NCBI RefSeq assembly: GCF_041956535.1
Contig: NW_027192222.1
Coordinates: forward strand, 84,426-148,425
DNA: 64,000 bases
DNA from: Calcarisporiella thermophila CBS 279.70
Lineage: Eukaryota; Fungi; Calcarisporiellomycota
Direction of reading: 5' to 3'
Shown: positions 40,903-53,764 of the stretch, piece by piece
How the letters are laid out: the number at the start of each line of letters is the position of its first letter
Numbering within the stretch: the first letter of the stretch is position 1
Program-made: the position numbers and the translations under genes
Notes under the pieces: model-generated
What the model saw: the letters and a program-made list of their open reading frames with translations, nothing else
Databases searched by the model: none
Told to the model about the DNA's origin: nothing

Positions 40903-41930
40903 ATGGATGATGCATTATTGGCCAAACTCAATAATGCCCATTTGGACGACAATGACGATATCCGCGACGAATCAGGTTCCGATGTCTCGGATAATGAGCT
41001 AGATGAGGACTCGACCCAGCCCGTGGGCAGTGTCGATGAAGTTAGTTGAATATCCCATATCTCCATTTGTTGCGATGACTGATTGATTATTCTCGCTCGG
41101 TTAATCCAGCCGTTCCCCTTAGACTCTGGGCGCCACAACACCGGCCCGAAAGGCGTGCTTGCCGATCATGCCCAGCATCAGCGCCAGGCTCGGGCCGCCC
41201 GGAAGCAGGCCCTCAACGAGCACAATGCTCGAGCTCTAACTCATGCCCTCACCACCACCACTTACCTCGAGGACGAGGCAGCCGCCAGGCAGGAAAATGG
41301 GGATGACCGAGAGCTTATTATCGAAGGGCTGGATGAGGAGCAGGCAGCCCTCGAGCGGTATCGCAGGAGCCGAATGGAGGAGATGCGAAAGAAGGTGCGG
41401 CGATTTGGAAGTTTGCGCCAAATCCGATCGGATCAGTATGTGGAGTCTGTGGATGCAGAGGATGCCGAGGTCTCGGTGGTGGTGCATATATTCGATAATG
41501 TGGGTACTTCATGACGGTGGATGAAGTCTTGATTATTAACCGCTTCTTGTTTCTCTCGAAACTACAGATGATACCCTCGTGTCGCCTTCTGAATACCTGT
41601 CTGGCCCATCTGGCCCGACGATACTCCGCCGCTAAGTTCCTCTCGATTCTTGCCGACGAAGTTGACTTTGACCCTGTGGGGTTGCCCGCCGTGCTCGGGT
41701 ATCGCGCAGGGAAGTTGGAAGTGAATTTGACCCCGATCACGGACGAGATCGGCGAGGATGGTTTCGATTTGGAGCAAGTGGAAGATGTTCTCCTGAGATT
41801 TGGGGCCATCCGAGAGAGCGATATTGGGGAGCAGAGCCTATACTCTATGCCAAGCACAGGGTCGGGCAGCTATGGCCGAGGTGGTGGGGACATTGACAAG
41901 GAGGAGGACGATGATGATGACGATGTGTAA
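40903..41930 (+). CDS. Phosducin-like protein (PhLP1 type), 3 exons
   Basis: HNTGPKGVLAD, YRRSRMEEM...FGSL, VVVHIF, LPAVLGYRAG thioredoxin-like domain; acidic tail. Confidence 0.88.
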
Positions 41931-42199
41931 TTGTACTATCCCTAGCGGTGTTTAATTTTAATAGTAATCCACACTTGCATTTTATTTTTAATCATACAAC
42001 CAAATAATTTGACCACCTATTCAAGATGTTGAGGGATTCAGCCCAGGTGAAATAGTGTGACGAGTATAGAAAAGAGTAAAAGGGAAGAGAGCTGTTTTGA
42101 AAAGGAAAAATCATCGGAATTGAAATACAAATAAAAAGAAAAAAGGGTGTGAGAAAAGAAAAAGGGTCCAGACGGGGGAAGTGTGGCCGTACGACTCTA

Positions 42200-44766
42200 T
42201 CATCGATGGATGCTCTTTCCTTTGATGACCGCAATGATTTCTTCCTGGCTCAGCGTCTCAAACTCGATCAGGGCCTTGGCAAGCCGGTGCAGCTCATCCT
42301 TATGCGACTTGAGGATATTCAGCGCACGCCCCTCCGCATTCTCCACCAGGGCGCGGATCTCGCTCTCGATCACCTCCTTGGTATGGGCACTCAGCTGCCC
42401 CATCTCCTCCTCCGGATAATTCACGGGACCGACCCGATCGCTCATCCCGAACTGCGTCACCATCCGCTTGGCCACCTCAGTCGCCTTCATAATGTCGTTA
42501 TGCGCCCCACTGGTGACCGCGTCCTTTCCAAAGATGAGCTCCTCCGCCACACGGCCGCCCATGCACACGTCGATCATCGCAATGTATTCACGGCGTGTGT
42601 ACGAGTCCTTGTCCATCTCGGGCAGCTGCACCGTCATACCCAGGCTAGACCCGCGGGGCATAATAGTGGCCTTGTGAAGGGGCATCGCCCCGGGCGTGTA
42701 GTAGGCAAGCAGCGCGTGTCCACTCTCGTGGTATGCCGTCAGCCGCTTGCTCTCTTCCGTGATCACGGCGCTCCGCCTTTCCGCTCCCATCAAGATCTTG
42801 TCTTTTGCGTACTCGAGATGGCGCATGCTGACATCGCGCGAGGCCTCGCGTGACGCCTGAATCGCAGCCTGGTTGACCAGATTGGCCAGGTCGGCGCCGG
42901 AAAATCCAGGCGTCCCCCGGGCAATCACGGACACGTCCACATCCCGTGCAAGCTGGACCCCACGCATGTGGTGCTCCAGAATCTGCATGCGGCCCCGCAC
43001 ATCGGGTAGCGGCACGGCAACGTGGCGATCAAAACGACCGGGACGTACGAGCGCCTTGTCCAATAGCTCCGGGAAGTTGGTTGCGGCGATGAAAACTACG
43101 CCTTCGGTTTGGGAGAAGCCGTCAAGATCCACAAGAAGCTGGTTGAGGGTCTGCTTCATATAGCTCTGGTCCTTGGGGTTGCGCTTGGATCCGATGGCGT
43201 CCAACTCGTCGATAAACACGATGCTAGGCGCTTTGCGCCGCGCGGCCGCAAAGAGCTCGCGCACTCGACGCGCCCCGACACCCACGTACATCTCATCGAA
43301 TTCAGACCCTGACATGAAAAAGAAGGGTACGCCAGCCTCGCCTGCAACCGCTCTCGCCAAGAGGGTCTTCCCGGTACCCGGCGGCCCCGTCAGAAGCACC
43401 CCCTTTGGCAGCTTGCCACCTAATTCCGTGAACTTGCTTGGGTCCTTCAGAAACTCGACCAGCTCCTCCAGTTCTTGTTTCGCCTCATCCACCCCGTGCA
43501 CGTCAGAAAACTTCACGGCCTGTTGCGATGAGGGCTCGTATTCTGTCTGCGTCCCGCTGGCCTTCAACAAACCCGAGTTCTCGAGCGCAATCGAAAGGAA
43601 GGTAAGGATACAGAAGGCATATGTAAAGGTGATGCCTATCCATCGGAGAGCCCGCCAGAACATATATCCTTTTGCTTCAGCGACCACAACGTAGATAGGG
43701 TTCTCTTTGCCTCCCGTGCCGGTGCGAGCGCTCTCTGCTACTAGGCGGCCGATTCCATTGGCAACCGAGTCAACCGAGGCGGCATTCTGCATATTCTGTA
43801 GTCGTAAACTGCCCATAACCTTATCATAGATTTTGTTTGTCTGGTTTGTCTGAGCGAGGGCAGAGATATAGCATTTTAGGCATTCCTCATCCTGAGCATA
43901 GACGCCCTTTTCAATGCGGTGGATCACGGCTGAGGGGTTGTTGGATTTTAAGAGTTCCTGCCAAAGTGAAGGACAGGTGCATTAGCTCTACCGGTCCGAA
44001 TAGGTAGTATCATTATTTCGAAGGTTTACCCTGTAGAACTCGGCCTGTTTTCGTGCATCTTTCGGGCTAGCATTAGCCTCTACCTCAAGCTTACTCAATC
44101 TCCGAACGTCAACGAAACGAAATGGATTATTGTAGGAGACAAAGCGTTTCGAATCGGGACGGAGAGGAAATACTAAAATCAAGGGAAATAAAAAACTAAG
44201 TAATTGCGAACGGGAATTATTAGCTTGAATACACGTTATTACCTTTGCGGCAAAATTTTCTTAGTGGAGTTATGGATGTTCTAGTAAATGGGTATGTTGT
44301 GGTTATTCCCCGTAAAGATCCTAGGTCAAAGCGAAACACGTAAGTGGGACAGAAAGCTTCTAAACTCAAAAGAGTCGTACCATCTAGCAACAATTCTCGC
44401 GAGCTAAATGCTACGTGTGGTTCCTGCCTTAGGATCTTGGTGGCATCGCAAAGGGCCATTTTAGCAATGGACCGGATCTCGTGCTTTCGGAGGCAGCTTG
44501 GGATATCCATGGACTAGGTGAGGCAGAGTTAGAAATCCATGATCTCTCCCAGAGAGCAGAAAGACAAGCATCTTACTGATAATGTTTTCCTCACTACGCC
44601 CGCAGCCTTGGGTGGAGGTCTTGCAAACGAGTGCAAGAATTGGGCAGTGTCTGCTACCACTGATTGCAGCTAGAAATGGGGAATGGGTTAATGATAGGCG
44701 TAGGGAGAGATGGCCAAAAAACCAGTTGATCAGCTAAAATACCTGTTGAGGAAGCTGGGCGAACAT
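42200..44766 (-). CDS. YME1: Mitochondrial i-AAA protease
   Basis: [30 protein letters not shown] metalloprotease motif, one TM. The small 5' exons and the start (MFAQLPQQ at 44766) were inferred by eye. Confidence 0.93.
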
Positions 44767-44933
44767 GATCTTAAGTTATTAAGGGGCCAAGGCAGAGTAG
44801 GACTTGGAGGGGAGAGAGGACTTGGAATATTGGTGAGGTTGAAAACACTGATAACACGTGATCTATAACCTAACCTAACTTTAAATGAAAGCAAGAAAAT
44901 AATTTGGTGGAAGCGAGATCGTTATACGTTAAA

Positions 44934-45447
44934 ATGTCAGACGAAGATCCCTACTACTGTCTCAAGTTCCCACAGGAGATATCGCAATCGCCAGACACCA
45001 CCAACGTCATACATTACACTTCAACCTATCCGTTTGCATTACCAACAGGCAATCTTTCAATTTTCTAGTCGAATTTTGCTCGATCTAATAATTGCCGTTT
45101 TATTGAACAGGAACCGAGATCGCGATTCAGAATGGACCCAATCTCGGCAAATACACATTACGAAGGGTAGCCGTAGTTGATCAGGTGATAGCTCCTTCAG
45201 TCTTGGTTGCAGTATTCTAAGTTAAAACCTATTTTTTCATAACATTGCATAACAGGCTCAACCCCTTTCTTCCTCAACCTCAACTACCACCTCTTCAAGC
45301 TATGACCCCCTCGTGTCCTCGCCTTCTTTCCGCAGTTCCTCGCACTTTTTCTCTACCCATGGTGGATCTTTCATCAATCCCCAAGCTTTGAAGCCGCCGT
45401 CACGATCCCCTGCCTCGAGGTATGATAAGCCAGTGACAATACGGTGA
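44934..45447 (+). CDS. Possible small hypothetical protein divergent from YME1
   Basis: AAAATG start and three open segments joinable in frame via a GC-AG and a GT-AG intron, giving ~125 aa with a Ser/Thr-rich tail. Confidence 0.35.
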
Positions 45448-46320
45448 GTCTATATTTTTGTATTGAAGGAGAAAGAGTACTATAATCATGGGTGTATTTA
45501 CGCGTGTTGTATTAAGGGAGGATCCTTCGCTTATTTCCATGTTTGATCGAGAAAAGCGTAGTGTATTCTGAGCTCGAGGATGGTTTTGGAGCATATTACT
45601 TGGTAATAATAAAATCAGTAATTTAAGTTGAAAAGTTTTGCGCGCAAAGTCTCATAGGTTGGCGTGTATGGAGACCCACTATCTATGCACATCAGTATTA
45701 TTGAAGAGGCACATGAATAGGTCATATTTTAGCAAAGCCCTCGATTTTATTTTGTGAATTCAAAAATATCAATGCCATTTTATCTCTGATGTCTGATAAA
45801 ATTAAACGGAAGTTTAATGATACTACAACGGTTTGTCACTAAGCATGGAGAAGCTTGGTGCGAGGCTAAATGGTTGATTGAGTCAATATTGTGAGCTTGC
45901 TTTGGGTACCTGTCAATTTTATTCCTGACCAAACTTCGCCCTCTTTGACCTCGAGTCCCATCCACAATATGGCTTAGCCTCTATGTCATATGGCACTCGG
46001 AATGCGGTGCAGCAGAGTTAACCCAACAATTTTAGTGTATTATAGAACCTAGGAAAAACTATATATACTAGGCCTGCCGAAACAAGAATAACCCACTTTT
46101 TCTTTCGCTCCTAGAGGGATTTTTATTTGTAGAGCGGACTATCTACCCCCAGAATGCTTCTATCCGTGTTTCAGAATTCATCGATATTTGTTAGGAACCT
46201 TGCATCATAGCCTATTTGAAGTGGAACCAGTGGCAACTTGCTTTAATTGCCAGTCACAGTATAATAAAAATTTTAAGAGTGGGGTAGAATAGACCCATTC
46301 TCGTCGACATCTTGAGCACC

Positions 46321-48258
46321 ATGCAAAAACGACATGTAGTCACCGTGTTCCTCATTCGTGACGAAGAAGATTCCACCCCATCTCCTGAATTTTCCCCTCT
46401 TCGTCGTCACTCGAGTTTTAGTATCCACGGGCGCCGATCGAGCCTTCCCGCAAAGCAAGGTTCGCGTGTTTTACTCATTAAACGTGGTGAGCAGGCGCGA
46501 ACATATCGGTAAGCAGCTTGTATCTGTTTTGTTTTATTTTTAAGCCCTGCTCTGTTCCATAAATAATTCGTAAACCGACAAAATACGACACGGACTCTCA
46601 TTTTATTTCTTTCTTTGTTGAATCTTATGTAATTATGTAGAGATCATTGGGCCGGCATTTCAGGATTACTTGATCCAGCCGATCCCACTCCTCTTCACCG
46701 AGCATATGCCGAACTACAGAAAGCAACCTCTCTAGCATCAAGGGAGGTGGCCCTAATTCGTACCGCGCTCCCACTCATCTATTCCGCTCCTTCACTCCAG
46801 ACTGAATGGCATGTACATCCTTTTTTATTTAAACTTCACGTAAGGAGCGAGCATGTAAAGATTGAATTGGAGAATGAGGGAGTTAAATGGGTGAGAGTGG
46901 ATGAGGTGAATGAGATTGCTGGAGGAAAAGAGACTGAAGGGATGCAAATGGTGCCATACTTAAGAGAGGCATTTCATAGGGTAATCATTACTCGTTTTCG
47001 AAGCCATTTCACTTTTATAAGAATACGGCTCAACCCTTGACCGTATAAATATTCTTAGGTCTACTTACCGGAACCAGTGCACCAAGCTCTCCTCGAAATG
47101 CACCTCGATCGCTCCTCAGGGGCTCAACAGCTTGCTCATCAAGCGATCTGCGTCCTCCGAGAGTTGGCCAGATCACACCGCCTCCAGAAATGCGTTGCCG
47201 ATACGAGGGAATTATGGCTAGCCTATGTGAATATAGGGTGGCATCTCTCTCAGATCCGTCCAACGATGCGAGCTGGAATCGTGAACGAAGTGGCCCGAGT
47301 TTTACTGAGTTGCAAGCCAGCGGAAGGATGGACGCTTGAAAAGGTTGAAAATCAAGTAGAACAAGCAGTAACTGAAATAGAGAATGAGCGACCCCTCTTA
47401 GAAGAACGCATCCGGCTTGGGGTGGTCGAGGCGCTGGGCATTGGCGCGGGAGAGCGGGAGAGTGTCACTCCCGAAGATGAAAATGAGCCTGATTCGGATG
47501 AAGAGAGTGAGGAGGATGGTCGGCCCTCGCGGGAAAATCAAAGTCGTATCCACGTTCTCACCATGTCATATAGCTCCTCCATCGCCTTGGCTCTAGAACA
47601 CGTGATAGACATTTTGCCGCCCAACCTGCAGCTTATGATCAGTGTTGCGGAGGCACGCCCATTGTGCGAGGGAGGCGCACTTGTGAAGCGGCTGGCAGCC
47701 CGTATTAGGGGAAAGAGAAATGTGAAGATTGCCCTGATCACCGATGCGGCGGTGGGTTATTTTATGCAAGGCGTAACCCATATTTTATGTAAGTGAGTTT
47801 TTTCGGGATTACCGAAGGCATGGGTGAGTCTAATCCTCATCTCCTACTTCCCCTACGCGGATATACTAGTCGGGGCAGACCGAATATTTCCCGACGGCTC
47901 TGTCCGGAACAAGATCGGATCTTTTATGCTCGCCCTTTTCGCACGGTACTTCCACCGCAAGATTTTTTGCATCTCTACCTCCGATAAGATTGGCGAAGAC
48001 GATGAGGCTGAGGAGGAGAATGATGTCGAGGAGGTGACCAAAGTGTTTGGCCAGGACCCATTCTGGCAACAAAGGGACGGCGGCCTGGACGGAGAGCAGG
48101 TGAGGGTGCGCAACGTGTACTTTGAGAAGGTTCCGGCCGAGCTTGTGAGCGGGTATGTGATGGACTGCTCTGAGAAACCTGGGGTGGTTGGGCGCGACGA
48201 GGTAGAAAAGGCATGGCAAGAGAAGAGACATGCAGGGCGAGTCTTCGAAGAGTTGTGA
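46321..48258 (+). CDS. Nudix-like domain fused to IF-2B/NagB-RpiA-like domain
   Basis: N-terminus VVTVFL...VLLIKR...TY-HWAGISG; C-terminus SSGAQQLA, RPTM, VLTMSYSS, EARPLCEG, VGADRI...VRNKIGS, RNVYFEKVP. Confidence 0.85.
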
Positions 48259-48693
48259 GGGTGGGAGTTCGGTGCAAATAAGAAGCAGTTTATTGGTACA
48301 GAATAAAAACAGCTAGATTCCACAAAGTTTAAATACTATAAAGTGATATATAGAATGTGTCTCGGGCAGAAGATAACAAAACACAGATATATGAACAACG
48401 ATTGATGGATATATTATTAGAAAACCAACCGTGGGGGTGGGGTCCTTCACCGGGAAAATAAGAGGAGGTGAAGCTGAATATGGATAAGCGGGCTGCATTG
48501 AAGCGGAGGGCAGCCGGTATGACTAGTACAATAAATAATTACAATCGGGTGCAATGTGTATGGCGATGATAAGGGTGGAGGGGGTATAGCTTCCTATATA
48601 AATCAAAACAAGAAAGGCCACGCGTCAAGGAGGTTGGCTCGGGAATGACAGGGTGGAGAGCGAGGAAGAAGGCTGCATCATCGAGAATAGGCA

Positions 48694-50490
48694 TTAGCAT
48701 GCTTCTCCTTCTTCTTTGATTAGGATTTGGCTATAGACCAATTCGTTTTCCTCATAGAAACGGTGAACCCCTTCCTCTTCCTCTTCCTCTTCCTCTCCCT
48801 CTTCCGCTTCTTCTTCCTCGAAGACGGACCCCAGTCCGGGCGTCATCTTCCAAAGTTGAAGCAGATCGTGGAGACGGAGGGTGGACTGCTCATCCTCTTC
48901 CTCCTCCTCTGCAACCTCTACTCCCGCCGGAACTTGCTCTTCCGCCTCCCTTATTTCCTGGCTGCTCGCCAATGCTTGGGTTTCCGGGCTGTTTTCATCA
49001 AGAGCCATGGCGCTGTCTCTATTAATCAATTTGCGAATCGGGTCGAGGCTCAGCTGCGAGCCCACTGCAAAATCCCACAACTGAGATGGACATTTGATGA
49101 AAAATGCGGGGGGCGGCGTTGATGCTGGTTGATGCATTGGAAATCTATGGTTCAACGGAGATTGGATGTGGTGGAGCCCAAGCTGCTTGACTAGACGGCT
49201 GGGGGCATTCGCTTTGCGGAGGAAAGGGTGGAGGAGGAGTCTGGACGCCGTGGAGCCTATCCAAAGACCATCCACAATGTAGTGAGTCGGTAGCGATGCG
49301 TCTATGACAGTTGTACTTACGTCGCCTTGGGTCCGTCCGCAAGCAGAGGGAGGTAAAGGCTTCAAACTCGGAAGAGTAATACCACGTGCACCTGGACATG
49401 TCAAGGCGCGGAGGGTCTTTTGTTGTTATTTGTCGAATCAATTGTCGGTCATTCAGCCTTCTGGAGTAGACTTTATCCCCGTAGGCAAACTCCAGGGCCA
49501 CCATTCCTAGGCTCCAAATATCCGCGCGACCATCGAACGGCTTCCCTTGCAGTAACTCCGGGCTCGAATAGCGGATGGTTCCAGCATATCTTTGCGGCTG
49601 CGCGGCCTCTTCCAGCGTGCAGCTCAACCCGAAATCTCCTAGTTTCAAGCATCCGTTCTCGTCGAGAAGCATGTTGCCTGGTTTGATATCGCGGTGCACC
49701 ATTCCTTGAGCATGCAGATAAGCAAGGCCTTCAAGCGCCTGTTTCATCAATGTCGCCAGCGGTGCCTCGGTCAATCCCCAGTAAAACATGGGAAGGAGAC
49801 GGAGATTGCTGCAGGAACCGTATTTCATATACGGGGTGACGATATACAGATAGTCGGTGTTGACAAACGAGGTAAGCAAGGGTAGGAGATTGGGGTGGGA
49901 GCATGACCGCATTATCTTGACTTCTTTCTGAAAGAGCAACGCGAAATTGCACCGGGGTGAGTACTTTCAGATCCACGGTGCAGGAGGAAGCTTATTTACT
50001 TACGCTGACGGCATCCAACCAGTGGATCTTGTCATGGCAGTTCTCTAAATTGATGCGCTTAATGGCAACGGGCTCCCCACGATAGAGCGCCAAGTACACC
50101 TTGGACGACGCTCCCTGGCCTATTGTGACCACATATTTAGCGCGATGCTCCCATATATGACTGAACGAAATAAGGGCCCTTACCGAGACCTTGAATTATC
50201 TTGTAATCGGCCTTATCGGTCGAGTATTCCTCCGCCACTTCCTTGTCCTTTTTCTTCCTTTTGCGCGCTAAATTGGTCAAAAGGGCGATGAATTTCCGTT
50301 GGCGGAGGAGGGAGGAGGCAGAGGAGGAGGAGGAGGAGGAATTAGACGAGGAGGTGGAGGAAGAGATGGTGCGATGCTTTGCAAGAGAGGATGGCTGGAA
50401 TTGGCGTTGGAGAAAGCCGATCGGGTTGGTGGCCTGAGGTGGAAGACTACTGTCGGAGGAGAGGAAATGCGGGCCAAGTTCCGGAATCAT
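48694..50490 (-). CDS. STE20-family Ser/Thr kinase (OSR1/SPAK-like), multi-exon
   Basis: GQGASSKVYLA, VAIKRINLE, HRDIKPGN, DFG, GTIRYSSPE, ADIWSLG; acidic C-tail. Confidence 0.85.
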
Positions 50491-51394
50491 TGCGGAGGTC
50501 TCGCTGGAGAAAGGAAATTGAAGCGTGGAGGCGGCAGAATCACAAGGATAAATACCAGTTGATAATTGTTAAGTTAGAATGCTGGGTTTCCAGCGGGAGA
50601 TAAGTTACGAATAAATAGAGGGTGGAGCGGAACAGAGGGGGGCAGTGTAGGGCGCCAAAGAGGAGGCGAATGCGGGGAGAGAAAATGCGGGAAGAGAGAG
50701 AATGCGGTTTGAGAAAGGGGGTTCGTGAGTCAAAAATTTCTTAGAGATAGTGCGGGGAAATCCCCATTCATTACGGGCAGGTGACAGCTTTTCCTCGTAA
50801 AAAAAAGGAAAAAATCGCTGGTTCGCGCGGGCGAGGTCGAGCAGCAACGTGGGCTTTCAGCTCGCTGGAAATCCAGCAGAAAAACAGAAATTCGGCAGCC
50901 GTGTGTCGAAGTTTAACCGGGTGGAGATAGGAATGGTCGCGGGAGATTAGGATTCAAGGTTTGTCATATCTCTCCCCCTCAGCCGCAGCCTTCACACCCC
51001 TCCTAGGCCTTTCTTGGCTCAGGCTGTGCCACGCCTGACCATGCCGGGAATGCCGCAGTGGGCTCGCCGGCTGCCCATCTCCGTTGATCGCACTTTCCCC
51101 TTGGAGGCGGCGAAACGTGGGACAAGCAATAAAATCCTGGGTTTCGATGGGACAAGTGAGACCACTCGAAGATGTCTGAGGGACCGTGCACCCGAATTTC
51201 TACCAGACTTTTCCTGGAACCAAAGAGGGGCGGCCGTAAAGAAAACCTCGGATTACCTAACCGCTCTCCCCTCTTGCCTCTTATCTCCCTTCCCCCGCGC
51301 TTCTCCCTCAACCAGCATTTTCCCGCACCATTCCTTTCCCATTCCCTCATCACATCTCTACCATTCGCTCATTTTCGTTCGTTAGCGCGTCTTC

Positions 51395-53341
51395 TTGCCC
51401 GTTAATGCAATTATAGCCATTCCAATGGACAAGCGTGCCGGAAACGATCGTAAGCGGAGGCGCAAGAACAAGGCCTCAATTGAAACCGATACTTTTATCG
51501 TAGAAAAGGAGAAGTCCACCGGCAAGCGTGGGGGTAAGAAAGACAAAAAGAAGAATAAGAAGAATCCTGCCGTTCTTTCGGATGCGGTGACTGGTGCACC
51601 GACGCCGAAAGTGGAAGCGCTATCGCAACAGGGGGAGGCTGAGAACGGTAGCGCGTTTGAGGTGGAGAAGGAGCCCGCTCCCCAGAAAGATAACGGAGAG
51701 TCAGAGGAACAAGATAAAGGCGACAATGGTGACAACAAGGAGGGTGAGGAAGAGAACGAGAAATCAAAGGAGGAGGACGGCGAAGGCAGTTCTGGGTCCG
51801 ACGAAGAAGACAAGAATAATGAAGAGGGGGGTGCTTTTGAAGTTGAAAAGGAGGATTCAGAGGACGAGAAGCAGGGCAGAGAAGAGGAAACGAAGGACAG
51901 CGTTCCGCAAACGGAGGTGGCCGAGCCGACCAACACCCCAATCTTCTCTCTGCTTCCTACGCCAAGCACAACCATCATGCCCACCCTGACCCCTCTTTTC
52001 CCCTCTCCTTCCTCGGATACGCCCGCCATGCCCACGAACTCTGAGCTAGCCTGCACCCAAGACCCTAACAATGCCACGTTGCTCGGCTGTATGGCAGATT
52101 ACATGTACTGTGACGAGGGCTCGCGCATCTGTCTCCCTAAACTCACGGCGGGCGCTAGCTGCACCATGGACAAGCAGTGCTCCACCGAGAACTGCGCGGG
52201 CGGCTTTTGCTCGGACAAGCAGTTGGGCGGAAAGTTTCTCCGAGTGAGCAATGATTACAACGGGAGCATGAATGGAGACGGCCCAGCCGCTGGATTAGAT
52301 GTTGGAAAACTAAGCGGCGCCATCATCGGAGCCGTCCTTGGCGTGGCGCTGCTGGTACTCGGGGTGCGACAAGTTCGTAAGTTCCGCAGTGGTAGCCAGC
52401 GCGCTCCTGAAAATGCGCTGCACAATGCCCCCAAGGGGGGAGGCGCTACCCGAAGTCTTCCTTCTCGGGACAATCCGCCCTCATTCTATCCCGGCTTTCC
52501 TGGCCAGCAATCGAACAAACTATCGTACGCATATAATACGCGCGCTCTTGACTCATCCCTTACCCCCCAGAACGGGGGACACGAGGTCGCGCCTTTTGCT
52601 TCCCCCCTGAAGGAATTCGAGTCGGTCGATCTCGGCAAGAACAGCCAATACGGCGAGCTGCGCGTGGTGAACAACCTGGGCGTAGACATTGACTGGAGCA
52701 CCTCGGACGAGAGTGGTGTCGGCGGGCGCTCGACAATTCGAACCAGCGCTCGGATGTCGAAATACAACTTTTTGACGCAAGCTATCTCGCAGATGCGGGG
52801 TAGTCAGTCGTCGGTGGGTAGCAATGGCCCTGGTGGCTATCGCGACTCGGACTTGCAGGAGGGAAGAGACTACTCCGCAAACAGCTCATTTTACGTCGCA
52901 GAGGAGTCCTCGAGGTTACATGAAGGTCGGCACGACCACCCCTCGTCTCGAGTCACCTCCGCCTACGGCGACCAGAGCCGGCGCTCAGTCAGAACCGATT
53001 CCTCCTCCCTCCTCTCGCACTACTTCGGAAAGGGCACCTTCGCACTCACCCCACAGCCCCCGCAGCAAGTTCACCCCAACCAGCCCAATCCTGACGCGAT
53101 CCCACGCTTCACCTTTGCCTCGATGGCGACCGGCATTCAGTCGCATTCCGAACTCCCGGCGGGCGAGATGAGCTATGCCGACTTCGGCACTCAGGCGCCG
53201 CCTCCCGCATACCATCCCGACCAGGAAGATCTGGGCGAAGAGTTCCGCCGCGGGAAATACGAGACCTCCCTGGAGGATATGGTGACAGCGCTTGAGCGCC
53301 ATCCACAGGACAACCATAAGTACCAATACGGCTATTTCTAA
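51395..53341 (+). CDS. Single-pass membrane protein: charged low-complexity region, Cys-rich module, TM, cytoplasmic tail
   Basis: 648-aa ORF with 8 Cys in C...C...C...CLPKL...C...C...C...C, TM LSGAIIGAVLGVALLVLGV followed by RQVRKFR, and PPPAY in the tail. 5' exon not identified. Confidence 0.7.
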   Translation: MPVNAIIAIPMDKRAGNDRKRRRKNKASIETDTFIVEKEKSTGKRGGKKDKKKNKKNPAVLSDAVTGAPTPKVEALSQQGEAENGSAFEVEKEPAPQKDNGESEEQDKGDNGDNKEGEEENEKSKEEDGEGSSGSDEEDKNNEEGGAFEVEKEDSEDEKQGREEETKDSVPQTEVAEPTNTPIFSLLPTPSTTIMPTLTPLFPSPSSDTPAMPTNSELACTQDPNNATLLGCMADYMYCDEGSRICLPKLTAGASCTMDKQCSTENCAGGFCSDKQLGGKFLRVSNDYNGSMNGDGPAAGLDVGKLSGAIIGAVLGVALLVLGVRQVRKFRSGSQRAPENALHNAPKGGGATRSLPSRDNPPSFYPGFPGQQSNKLSYAYNTRALDSSLTPQNGGHEVAPFASPLKEFESVDLGKNSQYGELRVVNNLGVDIDWSTSDESGVGGRSTIRTSARMSKYNFLTQAISQMRGSQSSVGSNGPGGYRDSDLQEGRDYSANSSFYVAEESSRLHEGRHDHPSSRVTSAYGDQSRRSVRTDSSSLLSHYFGKGTFALTPQPPQQVHPNQPNPDAIPRFTFASMATGIQSHSELPAGEMSYADFGTQAPPPAYHPDQEDLGEEFRRGKYETSLEDMVTALERHPQDNHKYQYGYF

Positions 53342-53764
53342 CCGTCACGGGCAACCTCTCCTATTTCATGCATATTCCAATGTTAATATCCTAGTCAATT
53401 CTCTCATTTGATTGGATGCCATATCTTGATCACCCACCAAGTATAATCATTTCAAGCTGTCTAATGTCATCTTTCTCTTTATTTCCTTTTATGCTTGCTA
53501 TTTGGTATTTCACATGTGTAAGGCTTGTTCATTGTTTTCCAATGTAGTTGTTTCCAAAGTCATAGAAAATCGTTCTTTTTTTTTTAATAAAAAGAATCTA
53601 AGGAGGTCTTTATATTTAGGCAATGTTAAATTGGAAAATAAAATAAAATAAAAAAACAAGACGATAAAAATAGCAGTAGGAAGAGGTGCGATAAAAAATA
53701 CATTTAAGAAGAAGGTAGAAAGAGCATGTATGCATTGACAAAAAGAACCAAGGAGAGGCCGCTT

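Noticed and set aside
50300-50365. GAG/GGA repeats (also 48770-48910)
   Set aside because: They encode poly-Ser and poly-Glu tracts of the STE20 kinase and are not an independent repeat element or CRISPR.
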